Origin: Deltaproteobacteria bacterium
Lineage (GTDB): Bacteria > Bdellovibrionota_C > UBA2361 > J135
Length of the DNA stretch: 64,000 nt
Direction: 5' to 3'
Assembly (NCBI GenBank): GCA_020635175.1
Contig: JACKAH010000003.1
Coordinates: 3-64,002 of the forward strand
The translations under genes and the position numbers were made by a program. Below the pieces are notes generated by a model. It saw only the letters and a program-made list of their open reading frames with translations, was not told the DNA's origin and did not search any database. Shown in pieces: positions 21,461 to 33,278 of the stretch (positions are counted from its first letter, which is position 1; each line of letters begins with the position of its first letter).

Positions 21461-22175
21461 TTATCTCTCCATTATCGTTATATGCAAGGAGTTCTCGAAA
21501 CCACTTCTCCATCCTGATTCGAGCAACACTTATATCCGCCTTGCCGCCTAGTTCTTCTACAGAAGTAATCTGTATATCTTTAAACCCACAAGGATTTATC
21601 AGCCCGAATCCGTCACTGCAATCTTTGATATTCAAAGACAACCCATGCAGAGTGCACCATCTAGAAATTCGAACTCCGATGGATGCGATCTTTGCTCGTT
21701 CCTGGTGATCAGGCGTAAGTCCTACATTATTATAATTCTTAACACCGTTAGTCCAGACTCCGGTCAGACCACAGATTGTAAAAGATTCTACGCTTAAGTC
21801 TTTTAAAGTATTGATAATAATTAGCTCGAGTGTACGTAAATACCAGCCGACATCGCGACGCTTTCGCTTAAGATCTAAGATTGGATAGGCCACAAGCTGG
21901 CCAGGCCCATGATAGGTGACGTCTCCACCACGTTCTATCTCAAATAGCTCAACCCCCTTTTTCTTAAGCTCTTCTTTTGAGAGAAGCACATTATCAGGTT
22001 TTGCACTTCGACCGATTGTGATTGTTGGAGTGTGTTCACAAAAGATAAGGGTGTCATGACCAGTTCCATCTAAGAGTTTTCTCTGAAGTTCTTTTTGGAG
22101 TGTCCAAGCCTCCTGGTAGGGACAGAGCCCTAAGTCCATAGTGACTAAGTCTGAAGGTGGAGTTTTCTCAAGCAT
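21423..22175 (-). CDS. lipB: Lipoyl(octanoyl) transferase
   Basis: Motifs CEH.PT.TIGR, RGGDVTYHGPGQLVAYPI, KIASIG, HGLSLN and INPCG. Confidence 0.93.
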   Translation of the reverse strand: MLEKTPPSDLVTMDLGLCPYQEAWTLQKELQRKLLDGTGHDTLIFCEHTPTITIGRSAKPDNVLLSKEELKKKGVELFEIERGGDVTYHGPGQLVAYPILDLKRKRRDVGWYLRTLELIIINTLKDLSVESFTICGLTGVWTNGVKNYNNVGLTPDHQERAKIASIGVRISRWCTLHGLSLNIKDCSDGFGLINPCGFKDIQITSVEELGGKADISVARIRMEKWFRELLAYNDNGEINDEEGYSAKSCR

Positions 22176-22195
22176 TTAAATCCTATGGTTAACTT

Positions 22196-22427
22196 GGGCT
22201 ATTAAAGCACATCTATATCTGAAACTAAAATTTCATGAACCTTTTCGAGAGGATTAGTTGAGGGAGCTCACCAAAAGCTTAGGGAAAATGGGGTGCTTCG
22301 AGTAATCAATATTGTTGGTAACGATAACCAAGCAGCTATAGATTTCGCTTTAGCGCTTGGTTATCGACAGTCATCTGAACGAGGAAGGGTTACTGTCCAG
22401 ATGACAATAGATTTAGATCCACTTTAG
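22196..22427 (+). pseudogene. GNAT acetyltransferase relic
   Basis: A start-less open frame 22239-22427 reads ...RGLVEGAHQKLRENGVLRVINIVGNDNQAAIDFALALGY.... An adjacent frame gives GLLKHIYI, interrupted by stops. Confidence 0.4.
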
Positions 22428-23824
22428 AAGTTTATTGGCCTTCCAAGTGCAGCAGCCATAGCCTCCATCATGGATTCAGATAGAGTCGGATGCGGGTGAA
22501 TCGTATCAACAACACTAGAAGCGATACCTTCATGAGTCCTAATTACTGCAGCTTCTGCGATAAGCTCAGTGGCCTCGCTATGAAGTATGTGAACTCCTAG
22601 AACCTCGCCAATCTCGTCATCGATAATTACCTTACACATTCCATCAGGCTCTCCAATGGCAACAGCCTTACCGATCGCTGTGAATGGGATTTTACCAACG
22701 CGGTACTTAATACCTTTCTCTTTACAGGCCTGTTCTGTGAGTCCGATTGATGCAACTTGTGGTTGGCAATAAGTACAGCCAGGGATGTTGTCGTATTTCA
22801 TCGGGTGGTGAGCTTTTCCACAAGCAGCTTCTGCAGCAATGATTCCTTCATGGCTAGCTTTGTGAGCAAGCATTGGTGCACCAATCACATCTCCAATTGC
22901 AAAATGATTTGGAACATTTGTTCTTAGGAATTCGTCAGCTTTGATAAAGCCACGCTGATCAGTCGCTATTTTTGCTTTATCAAGTCCAATCTTTTCAGTA
23001 TTTGGAACAACTCCTATTGCGACTAGACAGGTATCACCACTCCATTTCTCTTCACCCTTATCTGTCTTAATTGTAACGGAAACAGTTTTGCCTGTTTGCT
23101 TCAAGTCTTCTAGCTTAACCCCTGTCATGATTGTCATGCCCTGCTTGGTTAATACGCGCTCAAGCCCCTTAGCTATCTCATTGTCTTCGACAGGCAGAAT
23201 CTGTGGAAGCATCTCAACAACAGTTACTTTCGTGCCAAAAGAGTTAAAGAAATAAGCAAATTCCATCCCGATTGCTCCGGCACCAATTACTAACAATTTT
23301 TGCGGAAGCACTTTATGCTCAAGCATAGTTCTGTAGGTATGAACTGCTTTGCCATCAACTTCTAAATTAGGAAGAGTTCTAGCTCTTGCTCCTGTGGCAA
23401 TGATTATATCTTTGTAGGTAAAAGTGTTCTGTCCACCTTTATTATCTGTAACTGTTAAGCGATTTCCACCTTGAAGTTCACCAAAGCCGTTAATAATTTC
23501 GACCTTGTTTTTTTTCATTAGGTAATTTACGCCACCTTCCATCTTAGCAGCAACGCCACGTGAGCGTTCGATTACTTTTGGAAAATCCAATTTTACATTT
23601 GTTGTACTGAAGCCAAACTCTTCGCTGCGTTTAATGTCATGAAAGAGGTGTGCAGATTTAAGAAGAGCTTTACTTGGTATACATCCCCAGTTAAGACAAA
23701 CTCCACCGAGTTCGCTTTTTTCAACGATGGTAACTTTTCTTCCAAGTTGCGAAGCTCTAATTGCAGCAACATAACCACCAGGGCCAGAACCGAGAACGAC
23801 TAAATCTTTTGCTTGAGTACTCAT
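22424..23824 (-). CDS. lpdA: Dihydrolipoamide dehydrogenase E3
   Basis: Motifs GSGPGGYVAA, GGVCLNWGCIPSK, GAGAIGME and HPHPTLSE. Confidence 0.96.
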   Translation of the reverse strand: MSTQAKDLVVLGSGPGGYVAAIRASQLGRKVTIVEKSELGGVCLNWGCIPSKALLKSAHLFHDIKRSEEFGFSTTNVKLDFPKVIERSRGVAAKMEGGVNYLMKKNKVEIINGFGELQGGNRLTVTDNKGGQNTFTYKDIIIATGARARTLPNLEVDGKAVHTYRTMLEHKVLPQKLLVIGAGAIGMEFAYFFNSFGTKVTVVEMLPQILPVEDNEIAKGLERVLTKQGMTIMTGVKLEDLKQTGKTVSVTIKTDKGEEKWSGDTCLVAIGVVPNTEKIGLDKAKIATDQRGFIKADEFLRTNVPNHFAIGDVIGAPMLAHKASHEGIIAAEAACGKAHHPMKYDNIPGCTYCQPQVASIGLTEQACKEKGIKYRVGKIPFTAIGKAVAIGEPDGMCKVIIDDEIGEVLGVHILHSEATELIAEAAVIRTHEGIASSVVDTIHPHPTLSESMMEAMAAALGRPINF

Positions 23825-23986
23825 AGTTTTGAAATCCTATAACATGTCGATTTTGCATCACATTAGCCAAAAGAGAGCAAAATTCCAACAGGTCTAATTA
23901 GATTTGGAAAATAAATTAAATATCAGTTGGTTATAGTGCTGAAGCACTTGCAAAGGTTGATAAAGATTGCGTAAAGTCGTGGGCCT

Positions 23987-24355
23987 ATGACTGTTAATAT
24001 GTATATAGCTACATTTGCTTGGGCCTGCATGCTTTTAGGTTTTCTGCGCCGTCATGACAGAGCTAAGCATGTGCCGTTAATGTTAACGGCGATTTTTACT
24101 GATATTGCCCTCGTCCTTTACTTGCAGATTACGAGAGAAGCTATTCAAAAGGCAGTTAGCTTTACCTTAGAAATGCTGCAGATGATTCATATCGGCTTTT
24201 CTACCGTAGCGCTTTTACTTTACTTTCCAGTTCTATTTTTGGGCTTTAAGTTGCTCAAAGGCCATGATGTTAAGAAATGGCACGTCAGATTTGCTTTGAC
24301 CGCTTTTTTCTTTCGCACGATGGGCTTTTTCTTTATGTTCTCGATGCTTGAGTAG
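23987..24355 (+). CDS. Small hypothetical membrane protein (DUF420-like, His-containing TMs)
   Basis: 122 aa with about 4 TM segments and His residues at TM boundaries. Confidence 0.6.
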   Translation: MTVNMYIATFAWACMLLGFLRRHDRAKHVPLMLTAIFTDIALVLYLQITREAIQKAVSFTLEMLQMIHIGFSTVALLLYFPVLFLGFKLLKGHDVKKWHVRFALTAFFFRTMGFFFMFSMLE

Positions 24356-24483
24356 ATCCGAATAAAGCTAAGTGAAATTAGAGGCTTAGGCCCACTTTAC
24401 AATGGCACATCTGCCATAAGATTCAGCATAACTTTAGTAAGCAATTTTGCAGTTTTTTAACTGGTTTTTAGGAGTCTAGGTAC

Positions 24484-27400
24484 TTGGCAAAACTCATCCT
24501 CGAGAATGCGCTCGAAACTCAACTAGATAACGATGCTAACCAAGCTGGGACTCAATCAGATCCTGATATCACTGAACTATCTCCTCATCGTTCTCAAATT
24601 CAAAGAGCAGCACTCCAAGAACAAAACAGAATTGAACAAGCCAGAAATGAGATAGCCCAAGACGAAGAGCTGATAGTTGATCAAGATCGTAAACGAAGAG
24701 AACGAGAAGATCAGATTGAGAGAGAAGAGCTTCGCATGGCAGAAGCTGTTTCTAGAGATGCATTACAGCATGATTTACAAAATGTGCCTCAGAGTCGCGA
24801 GAGAAAACAGGAACGCTTAGCTGAATTGAATCAGGCGATCGAATTGGCAGTTGATAGTGTTTATGACTCTAGTGGAGTTGATGGCTATGAACTTCGCCTC
24901 AGTTATTCCGAGATGCTTCAGGAGAAATTAGAACTAGAGCAGTCGTTAGGAGTAGCTTTTAATAGTCAAGTTTTTGAAGAGCTTAGTAGCATCGTTGATG
25001 AGCTAGTAATAGATTCAGAAGATCTAAACCAGGGATTTCCACTGGGGCGAATGAGGAATTTTGTTAATTTTAGCAGATCTCTTGCACATGATGATTCACT
25101 AAGCAATGAGGTGAGGCGTGATGCATTGTACCTGTCGCGTGTCTTTTCTGAAGACTTTTCAAAGAATCAGAAGCTTGATTTAACTCTAGCAGAACGAACT
25201 GAACTTCGCTTCCAGGTTGCTGAAGATCGTTTATACGCCGCTAGGCATCCTCAAGTATTTAAGGAGAATGGACAGTTTCCGTCAGAGCAAATAACTAGAG
25301 TTCGAACTTTAGCAATTGCTGCTGGTAATGATATTGGCGAATACCTGAGAGACAATCCAAACGATCTAAAAGCACAATCCTTAATGCTTAGAATTCTTGA
25401 AACGACGAAGGATATAGAGTCTAACGGTTATCCTTTCAAGGAATACGCCTGGGATATTGCTAAAGAGCTAAGAGATGCAGAGCAAAACTCAGTAGGAAGT
25501 CTTTCGCAATATATTCCAGATGCAGAGCAGGAATATATCTCAAGACTAGTCCGTAATTTTACCTCTTTAGAAGTAGAACCAGAGACTGAAGCTGCAGAGT
25601 ATAAAGCACAAGGGCTGTTAGCCTTGGCGCGGATGGCAAAAGATCAAGAAAAGCCTGAGTTAGCGCTTAGATTTACCGAGCAAGCACTTACGCTATCAAC
25701 TTCTGAATCAACCATTGCAGATGCAGCTAGAAACTTCGGTTCATTAGGCCAAACAGAGCGCGCTTTAGAGCTAAGCAGTCAGCTTCAACAATCAGAGGAG
25801 CTTAAGCGTGAGACAAATCAGAGCATAGCAGAGAGCTTTGTTGAAACAGATATAACCATGCGTCAATACGCAGCAAGAGCAGATTCACTCGCGTCTCGCT
25901 CAAGTGAGCTAAGATCAGAACTGTTTACTAGATGCCTAAATTCTTCAATTAGAGAGTACAATGTTGAAAGAATCACTGAAGAAGGAGTGCTTGAACTTGG
26001 AGAAGATGTATCTACAAAATATCTCATAGCAAGTAATTTTGGAATCAAAGAATCACAAGTTACATCGATACATTTGCAGAGGTTTGCTGCTACTAATCCT
26101 GAGCTTGCAGAGCTGATACTAAATCAAGAAAAGCTACCCGCAGGATCCGTTGTTATCTTATCTGCAACTCCTGCAGGAGCGGAGTTAGAGCGTGTAAACC
26201 TGGAAGCCCAAATATTAGCTCTAGAACAAGCAATGGATCCAGAAACTTTAATTGGATTTGAAGGTGAAACTGCTCTATCAGAAAGAGAACTAGCAACTGC
26301 TCACGAGATGTTAGCCGTCCTTGAGTCAAATTTAGAGCATGCAAGAACTCAGGAAACCTTGGCAAAGGAGTTAGCTGCTTTTTCTGATGTTGCAGAGGAA
26401 GCACTTGCTTTAGCTACGCATGGTCAAGCTTCAGAGGCTTCAGAGCTTTTAAGAGAACATGATTTACTCTTGAGCCAAGTCGAGAGTAACGATCCGCAGA
26501 TTCTTGAGTTAACTGCTGATCTAAGGCAGCAACTTGTCTTAATGGAATCCCAAGCCTGGGCTCAATCTGCCGAGCTTCATTTAAAAGAGAGAGACTACAC
26601 ACAGTTCGAAAATGAGATGAATCAAAGTATCGAAGCAATGCAGAGGTTGGTTGCTTCTGGAGAACTGTCTTCTCAGGAAAAGCTTAATTACTCGGATGTC
26701 TTAATTTCTCTCTCCATTAAAAAAATTGCAGGACTAAAAGAGAATCCTGCACATGATGATTATGCATTTGAATCTCAATGGGAAGAAGGCATTCGTAATG
26801 AGAGAATCTATGATAGAAGTCGCAACGAGCATCTGCGATTACTCTCAGAGATAGAACGAACCACCAATAATGCTCTGCAAGTTTTAGATGGTCTCAAGGA
26901 ATACAATTCAGATTACGCTCTATCTAGAAGCACCTATCTGCAAACTTACATGTGGGGCTCAAAAGCTGAACTACATGATTTAGTTGGGCAAGTAGAGCTT
27001 GCTCAGAAAGACTATGAACAGCAGCTTTTAGTAAGTGTTGGATTAGATCAAGCGCATTTAAGCCCGAATTTAGAGATTACACTGTCAGATCAAAATGAAC
27101 GTTTAGGTTGGTTTAGTAGTATATACTCTGGAACTGATGTTGGAGCACTCTCTGATTCTCAACTTGCGCAGATAGGATCGCATTTTGAATCCTTGCCGCA
27201 GGATCAGCAAAGAGTGTTTTTAGCTTTGGCAAGTAATTATGCAGATTACTGTGGCCAAAACGGCTTTACTACGGAACTGCATGTAGTAAGCCAAGTTTTT
27301 GAACGAATTAGCTCTGATTGTCGGGAGAAGGCTGCGCTGACAAGTGATCCTGATATGCAGGACAGATACCTTTCTATGGTAGTAGAGTCAGAGCTTGCGC

Positions 27401-29694
27401 GTGCAAACTTCTTTATGGCGATTCATTACAATGATGGTGCTCTAGATCTGATGAGATCTACAGAAGAGCTAGCTCAGACAATAAACAATCAAGAATTGCG
27501 ATCTCAATTAGTTGCAGCAACTGTCTTTAATCAAGTTGGTGCAATGGCAGGCTTGGCAGCGAATGCTGATACAGATGATAAGCTTGACCACGCGCTGCAG
27601 CTACAAAGCTTTCGCAGAGAATTAGAAGGAGAGCTTAGCACTGAAAGTCCGCGGTTATCGAGAGAGCAGGTAGCCTTTTTATATGTCATTGAGGCAAATA
27701 CCTTTCTAGCAATAAGAGAAGCTTCAAAATCAGAAGAAACATTCGAAGAGTTACGCTCAAAGCAGGAGCAGTTTGCAGGAATTGAGTTTATTGAAAACGC
27801 AATACTAGAGTATGACAGTGCAACAGAGGATAAAGTTATCTCAGGTCTTCAAGTTGCTCTGGCTGAACTAAACAGTGAAAGCTTAGAAGAAGCTTTAGCC
27901 TTTGGTTTAGGTGGCGCCGCTGGAGGTGCTGCTGTTGGAGCAGGTGTCGGTGCCTTTTTTGGAGGAGTTGGTGCTTTGCCTGGTGCAGCAATCGGGGCTC
28001 TAGTCGGTGGAGCGATCGGTACAGGATATTTAAAAGGGAGAAACTTAATCCGGGGCTGGGACAGAATAGGAGAGGGGTATTCAACCGGTAGAAACAATAT
28101 CTCAGCTAGGCAGAGTTTTATGGATGCAGTCTGCGTAGGAGCAGATGTGATTTCAATATTTGCACCACTTAAAGGAGCTGGAGCTGCGCTAAAAGGAGGT
28201 GGTGACATTGTATCAGAATTAGCAGAAGCGGAAGCAAGGACAATTTCTAAAAGAAGCGCAGCAAGAGAGTTCGTGCAAGGAACACTTGATTATGGCGGAC
28301 GTTGGGCTACTGGACTAACAATTACTGGTTTAGCGTTTCCACTAGCATCGACTGCCTATGACTTAGCAACAAATACAGAGCTTACACCTGAACAGAAAAA
28401 ACAGCTGCTTGATGCTGCTGTTAAAAATACGGTCAAAGGCTTAGGTGTTGCCACAGTATATATTGGTGCGAACTATGCGATTAACAGGTTTGCAGCAAAT
28501 CCTCTTAAAACTGTTTCAGAACTAAGGAATTCAATTCGGGAAGCTGCCAAAGATGATCTTTTTGGTGATGCCAGCATAACAAAATCCTCGGATAAGTTTG
28601 ATTGGTTACAGGATGCTTTTGATAATGCTAGAGAGCCAAGTCGCGAAGTAGTAACAAGAGATACCGACACAAATGGGGTCGATACAGATATAAGTTGGAT
28701 GGAGGATGCATTTAATGCTGATAGCTATAGTGGCGGAGGTAGAGATGCTGGGACAGATTTCAGAGCTAGTCGAGACTCAGAACCTGAGTATGTAGGCTAC
28801 GATCCTTCAAATAGCTTTACTGTACCTGATTTAGATCAAGTTGGAAGAAGCCTGGAAAGAAATCCTGGTGGGTACGATTCAGGTGGTAGCTCAGGAGGAG
28901 GCGAGCCTAGAGCTCAGGTCATAGATAGAGTTGAGGCGCCTGCAAGGCAGCAGTTACAGCAAGAACTTGCCAAAGAGCGACAGCAGGCTGCTGAAGGACG
29001 ACTAGTTGAGCCCGAGATAGAAGAAGTAAGACCTGCGCTAGAACTTGAACCAGAGCTTAGACCTATAGAAGTAGAACCTGTTTTAAGACCAAAACCTGAA
29101 GTTCGACCTCTAGAAGTTGCCCCAATATTAAAACCTGAGCTTGAGCCAGCGACAAAGGTAAAGACAGAAACTTCACCTCAAGTTGCTGCTGAGCCTAGTC
29201 CCGCAGCTAAACCAGCTGTTGAGCCATTAGCAGAAACTTCTCCATACCCACAACCGGAACCTCTGAGAGCGCCTGAGAGAAGTCGCGAGTTAACTAGAAC
29301 AGATGAAGAGGAGCAAAATAGACGGCGTCGACGACGACGAAGAGATGCAGATGTAAGACCGATTGAGTTTTATACTGACAATGATCCTTTGCAACCAAAA
29401 GAGCTAGAGTCTGACAAATATAAAACAGAAAAGAGCCAATTTACGACAAAAGACAGGTTAATCAGACAAGAAGTTCAGGTTGAGATGAAAGCTGGAACAC
29501 GAGTTAAAAAGAAGAAAAATCATTCTGCAGATGAGCCTTCTCTTTATTCTTTAAAGCATGCAAAGAAAAAAGGAGTACTTTCTCAAGGCGCTCAACAAGT
29601 AGATTCAACGGAGGAATATGTTGAAGTAGAAGAATTTGCAGAGACTGAGCTCGTAGATAAATACTATTTTGTTAATGACGAAGACGGTGTTTAG
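24484..29694 (+). CDS. Large hypothetical protein: helical rod, LysM-like segment, glycine-zipper hydrophobic region, Pro/Glu-rich tail
   Basis: 1736-codon ORF with TTG start after AGGAG and no signal peptide; domain features read by eye. Confidence 0.85.
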   Translation: MAKLILENALETQLDNDANQAGTQSDPDITELSPHRSQIQRAALQEQNRIEQARNEIAQDEELIVDQDRKRREREDQIEREELRMAEAVSRDALQHDLQNVPQSRERKQERLAELNQAIELAVDSVYDSSGVDGYELRLSYSEMLQEKLELEQSLGVAFNSQVFEELSSIVDELVIDSEDLNQGFPLGRMRNFVNFSRSLAHDDSLSNEVRRDALYLSRVFSEDFSKNQKLDLTLAERTELRFQVAEDRLYAARHPQVFKENGQFPSEQITRVRTLAIAAGNDIGEYLRDNPNDLKAQSLMLRILETTKDIESNGYPFKEYAWDIAKELRDAEQNSVGSLSQYIPDAEQEYISRLVRNFTSLEVEPETEAAEYKAQGLLALARMAKDQEKPELALRFTEQALTLSTSESTIADAARNFGSLGQTERALELSSQLQQSEELKRETNQSIAESFVETDITMRQYAARADSLASRSSELRSELFTRCLNSSIREYNVERITEEGVLELGEDVSTKYLIASNFGIKESQVTSIHLQRFAATNPELAELILNQEKLPAGSVVILSATPAGAELERVNLEAQILALEQAMDPETLIGFEGETALSERELATAHEMLAVLESNLEHARTQETLAKELAAFSDVAEEALALATHGQASEASELLREHDLLLSQVESNDPQILELTADLRQQLVLMESQAWAQSAELHLKERDYTQFENEMNQSIEAMQRLVASGELSSQEKLNYSDVLISLSIKKIAGLKENPAHDDYAFESQWEEGIRNERIYDRSRNEHLRLLSEIERTTNNALQVLDGLKEYNSDYALSRSTYLQTYMWGSKAELHDLVGQVELAQKDYEQQLLVSVGLDQAHLSPNLEITLSDQNERLGWFSSIYSGTDVGALSDSQLAQIGSHFESLPQDQQRVFLALASNYADYCGQNGFTTELHVVSQVFERISSDCREKAALTSDPDMQDRYLSMVVESELARANFFMAIHYNDGALDLMRSTEELAQTINNQELRSQLVAATVFNQVGAMAGLAANADTDDKLDHALQLQSFRRELEGELSTESPRLSREQVAFLYVIEANTFLAIREASKSEETFEELRSKQEQFAGIEFIENAILEYDSATEDKVISGLQVALAELNSESLEEALAFGLGGAAGGAAVGAGVGAFFGGVGALPGAAIGALVGGAIGTGYLKGRNLIRGWDRIGEGYSTGRNNISARQSFMDAVCVGADVISIFAPLKGAGAALKGGGDIVSELAEAEARTISKRSAAREFVQGTLDYGGRWATGLTITGLAFPLASTAYDLATNTELTPEQKKQLLDAAVKNTVKGLGVATVYIGANYAINRFAANPLKTVSELRNSIREAAKDDLFGDASITKSSDKFDWLQDAFDNAREPSREVVTRDTDTNGVDTDISWMEDAFNADSYSGGGRDAGTDFRASRDSEPEYVGYDPSNSFTVPDLDQVGRSLERNPGGYDSGGSSGGGEPRAQVIDRVEAPARQQLQQELAKERQQAAEGRLVEPEIEEVRPALELEPELRPIEVEPVLRPKPEVRPLEVAPILKPELEPATKVKTETSPQVAAEPSPAAKPAVEPLAETSPYPQPEPLRAPERSRELTRTDEEEQNRRRRRRRRDADVRPIEFYTDNDPLQPKELESDKYKTEKSQFTTKDRLIRQEVQVEMKAGTRVKKKKNHSADEPSLYSLKHAKKKGVLSQGAQQVDSTEEYVEVEEFAETELVDKYYFVNDEDGV

Positions 29695-31325
29695 CTGACC
29701 TGCGAAGTGCTTACAACGCACATCTCAGGAGTCTCAATTAACTTTGCCATAGTTTTAAAAAGCTCTTTGTAGTCAATTGGTTTAGTTAGAAATCCATTCA
29801 TTCCAACTTCAAAACATGTCTCTCTGTCAGCTTGTAATGCGTAAGCTGTAATCGCTACTATAGGTACGGAACTTAAATTGCCACCTTTCTTTCTAATTTT
29901 CTCAGCTGTTTCAACACCGCCCATATGAGGCATCTGTAAGTCTGTTAAAATCAGATCAAAGGATTGCTTTTCGATAACCTGTAAAGCTTCCTTCCCGTTT
30001 TCAGCTGTGGTTACAATAATGCCCTGTTTTTGTAGGTTTCTAGCAATGGTGTCTCTGTTTACTGAATTGTCTTCAACGAGCAGTATCTGTTTTCCTTCTA
30101 AGGCTTTTACAAGTTCATAGTACATATTCATCGACTCAGTAGTTTCTACTGAGTCATCAGCTTGGCCAACAATAACACTAAAGTGAAAAGCGCTTCCCAC
30201 CCCTTGTTTGCTTTCAAACCAAACTCTTCCATCCATAAGAGCAGCTAGTTTTACACAGATTGTTAAGCCTAAACCTGTTCCACCGAACTTCTTAGTGATT
30301 GAGCTGTCAGCTTGTGTGAATGCTTCAAAGATTAAATCCTGTTTTTCCTTTGGTATCCCGTGTCCAGAATCTGCGACTACAAAATGAAGCTCCATTGTCT
30401 CAGGCGTTTGGTTTAAAACTTCAGCATGTATAAAGATGCCACCATGTTTTGGAGTAAACTTAACCGCATTGCCTAAAAGGTTTGTAAGTACCTGTTGAAT
30501 TCTTAAGGAATCAGCAACAATCTTGGATGGAATCTCTGGCGCTAAGTTGCATACAAGTTCAATAGATTTTTTATCTGCTTCCGGTTCAATCGAGCGAATA
30601 GTACTTTTAATAACTTTATCAAGCGAAAAAGCGTTGTTTACAATAGCAAGTTTCCCAGCTTCAATTTTGGAAAAATCAAGAATATCTCCGATCAGACCTT
30701 TTAAAGTCATGGAGCATTCGCGTAAGGTCTCCATATCTTCTTTCTGTTCTTCATCAAGTTCGGTATCAAGTACAAGTTCTGCTAAAGATATGATTCCATT
30801 TAAGGGAGTTCTGATTTCATGACTCATATTAGCTAGGAATTCAGATTTCATTTCAGAGGCGCGCTGATGCGCAAGATTTAACTCAACTAATTCTTCCGTT
30901 CTTTCTTTAATCTCCTCTCTGAGATTGTGATCCATTACACGGAGTTCCCAGCGACTTTTTAGAATACGCATAGCGATAATGAGTCGAACCTGTAATTCTT
31001 GATGGTTTAGCGGCTTTGTCACGTAGTCTTCTGCTCCAGACTCCATGCCTTCTAAAATATCTTGCTCAGCGTTTTTTCCAGTACAGAGTATGATGTAGAG
31101 ATCTTGCCTGTTCGAATTGCTTTTGACTTTGCGACAAACGTCAATTCCATCCATTCCAGGCATCATCCAATCAAGGATTGCTAATTGTAGAGTGTTATCA
31201 GATTCAATGACGTCTAGAGCTTGAAGGCCGTCTTCAACCGCGATGACTTCATGTCCCCATTTGGTAAGGGTTTTTTCAAGTAAGCGCAGAGTTGTGCGAT
31301 CATCTTCAGCTACTAAGATCTTCAT
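29691..31325 (-). CDS. Hybrid sensor histidine kinase (REC-HisKA-HATPase-REC)
   Basis: Motifs [50 protein letters not shown] and TDLQMP; no TM segment. Confidence 0.95.
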   Translation of the reverse strand: MKILVAEDDRTTLRLLEKTLTKWGHEVIAVEDGLQALDVIESDNTLQLAILDWMMPGMDGIDVCRKVKSNSNRQDLYIILCTGKNAEQDILEGMESGAEDYVTKPLNHQELQVRLIIAMRILKSRWELRVMDHNLREEIKERTEELVELNLAHQRASEMKSEFLANMSHEIRTPLNGIISLAELVLDTELDEEQKEDMETLRECSMTLKGLIGDILDFSKIEAGKLAIVNNAFSLDKVIKSTIRSIEPEADKKSIELVCNLAPEIPSKIVADSLRIQQVLTNLLGNAVKFTPKHGGIFIHAEVLNQTPETMELHFVVADSGHGIPKEKQDLIFEAFTQADSSITKKFGGTGLGLTICVKLAALMDGRVWFESKQGVGSAFHFSVIVGQADDSVETTESMNMYYELVKALEGKQILLVEDNSVNRDTIARNLQKQGIIVTTAENGKEALQVIEKQSFDLILTDLQMPHMGGVETAEKIRKKGGNLSSVPIVAITAYALQADRETCFEVGMNGFLTKPIDYKELFKTMAKLIETPEMCVVSTSQVS

Positions 31326-31443
31326 AAATTCCCCCGGAGAGCTAATGCTTCAAAAGTCATTAATAAAGTCGGCAGGATAGCTCTGATAGTGAAGGTCTGA
31401 TATTTTAGCCCGAAGGTTTAAAAATAGAAGTAATTTTAGGAGT

Positions 31444-31848
31444 TTAGGGTCTTTGAACTTCGAATATGTTCAAAATCTTATCCTCGAGGATCTCTGGTGT
31501 CACTGGTTTAAGAATGTAATCACTCACACCTAACTGAAGAGCCTTGTCGAATTCTTCTCGTGCAATATCTGACGTAACAATGATGAATGGAAGCTTTTTG
31601 TACCTGGAGCTTTCCTTAATGCTTTTTAGAAAATCTAGACCGTTATCCTCTTCTAGGTGAATATCCGAAATTATTAAATCGACCCTGTTTTTGCGTAAAA
31701 TATTCTTTGTATCGTCAACACAGGTAGCCATGTGGACTTTCTTAATGCCGATCATATGCAGCGCTCTTTGGACCGCACGTTTCGCGACAATATTGTCTTC
31801 TAATACAAGAACCTCTTTGTCTTTTAGCTCAAGGTTAGTAAATTCCAT
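31444..31848 (-). CDS. Single-domain response regulator (CheY-like)
   Basis: Motifs VLVLED, DLIISDI, NGLDFLK and DYILKP. Confidence 0.88.
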   Translation of the reverse strand: MEFTNLELKDKEVLVLEDNIVAKRAVQRALHMIGIKKVHMATCVDDTKNILRKNRVDLIISDIHLEEDNGLDFLKSIKESSRYKKLPFIIVTSDIAREEFDKALQLGVSDYILKPVTPEILEDKILNIFEVQRP

Positions 31849-31889
31849 AAACCAATACTAATTACGCCAAAAAATCAGATCAATAAATT

Positions 31890-32849
31890 TTAGTACTGAA
31901 GCTCCGGAATATTTGCCCAATCGGGCTTAAAACGCTCAGGAACTAATATATCTATCAATTTATCGGTAAAAGGGTGGGAGAACCTTAACCTGTAGCTGAT
32001 TAGATGTAGGTCCTCGTGAGCTACGCCTTCATAGAAGTTATCCCCAATAATTGGGTACCCTAAGTGTGCTGCATGAACCCTGATCTGGTGGGTTCGCCCA
32101 GTAATTGGCTTTGCTTGTAGGAGTGTTGTTTCAAGTGTTACTCCATGTGAAGTGGTGTAGCTCTGGTTCGCTCGAGATTGAAACTCTGTTATGGAATGCT
32201 TGCCTCCATCTGTTACAACACGTCTTAAGATCGGATGCAGGTGATCTTTTCCGATCTGATTTTCTGCTCGAATCGAGTCCCAACTGGGTTTGTTGTTTAC
32301 CTGCAGCAGATAGTTTTTATCAATTTTTCTTTTTTCAAAGAGTTGTTGAAGCGGGTTGTGCATCCTTTCGGTTAAACTAACAGCAACAATACCAGAGACC
32401 GAGGTATCAAGACGTGAGGGCATATGAATCTCTCTATCGAACATCTGCTCGATCTCTTTTCTCAAGAAATGTCTGCGTTGATCTCGTGGTTGGTAACTTG
32501 GGAGTCCGGCAGGTTTAAATACAATTAAGATATCATCATCGTTATAGAGAATGTTTTCTTTAGAAAATGTTGGAAACTGCTGCTGACTTTTTTCGATGTC
32601 ATACTTAGGTTCGTAATACTCTATGCGGCATGGAGTTGAGAGTTCGGCATTTTCAAAAACTGGCTTTCCATTAATAAAAATGCCGCCAAAATTAGCTCTT
32701 TCTGTCCAAGAGCTTGGATCTATATGTTCACAGCCTTGTATCAGTACATCAAAGAGTGTCTGTGGACACTCCTCTGGAATTATATACTTCCAACACCAAT
32801 ATGTTGAACTTAAAGTGTTAAAAATTCTCTCTAATCGCTCTGCGCTCAT
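31890..32849 (-). CDS. RluA/RluD-family pseudouridine synthase
   Basis: Motifs KPAGLP, SRLDTSVSG, TGRTHQIRVH, PIIGD..Y and LHL. Confidence 0.9.
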   Translation of the reverse strand: MSAERLERIFNTLSSTYWCWKYIIPEECPQTLFDVLIQGCEHIDPSSWTERANFGGIFINGKPVFENAELSTPCRIEYYEPKYDIEKSQQQFPTFSKENILYNDDDILIVFKPAGLPSYQPRDQRRHFLRKEIEQMFDREIHMPSRLDTSVSGIVAVSLTERMHNPLQQLFEKRKIDKNYLLQVNNKPSWDSIRAENQIGKDHLHPILRRVVTDGGKHSITEFQSRANQSYTTSHGVTLETTLLQAKPITGRTHQIRVHAAHLGYPIIGDNFYEGVAHEDLHLISYRLRFSHPFTDKLIDILVPERFKPDWANIPELQY

Positions 32850-33038
32850 GCTTCTTAAAGCTTCGTTATCTTTAAATTTTCCTTGGAATTTATAAGCGCA
32901 TTAATTTAGAAAAGCAAAAAAAATTGCTCGGGCGTGAAACTCTGAACTTCTAATCGAATCTTAAGGTACGAAATTTGGAAGGTAACTCCAAAAAATCAGT
33001 CAGGTTACGATGCGGCTTTTAATTTAGGTTTTGGGTTG

Positions 33039-33069
33039 GGAGAGAAACTTTTCGTTTCTCCCCCTTTTT
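33039..33069 (+). terminator. Intrinsic terminator-like hairpin
   Basis: GGGAGAGAAAC-TTTTC-GTTTCTCCCC followed by T5. Confidence 0.5.
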
Positions 33070-33278
33070 GCGTATCTACATGTAGAAACACAAACTTTGA
33101 GCGGATGTAACATTTCTAGTCTAGCGCAATTAAAAAATTATTCCAATGCTAATTCGACATATGCTATGAGTGACGGATTCGAGTAGTAGAACGAATCAAC
33201 TGGTTTTAGGTTAGTGTTGCTTTTGTAAACTCAGGTGTATCAAAGCAACACTGACCATCCGATACCCATGGTAGGGGG

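Noticed and set aside
33209-33256. Integron attC site
   Set aside because: The core sequences are in the wrong order, do not fit RYYYAAC...GTTRRRY, and no integrase is present.
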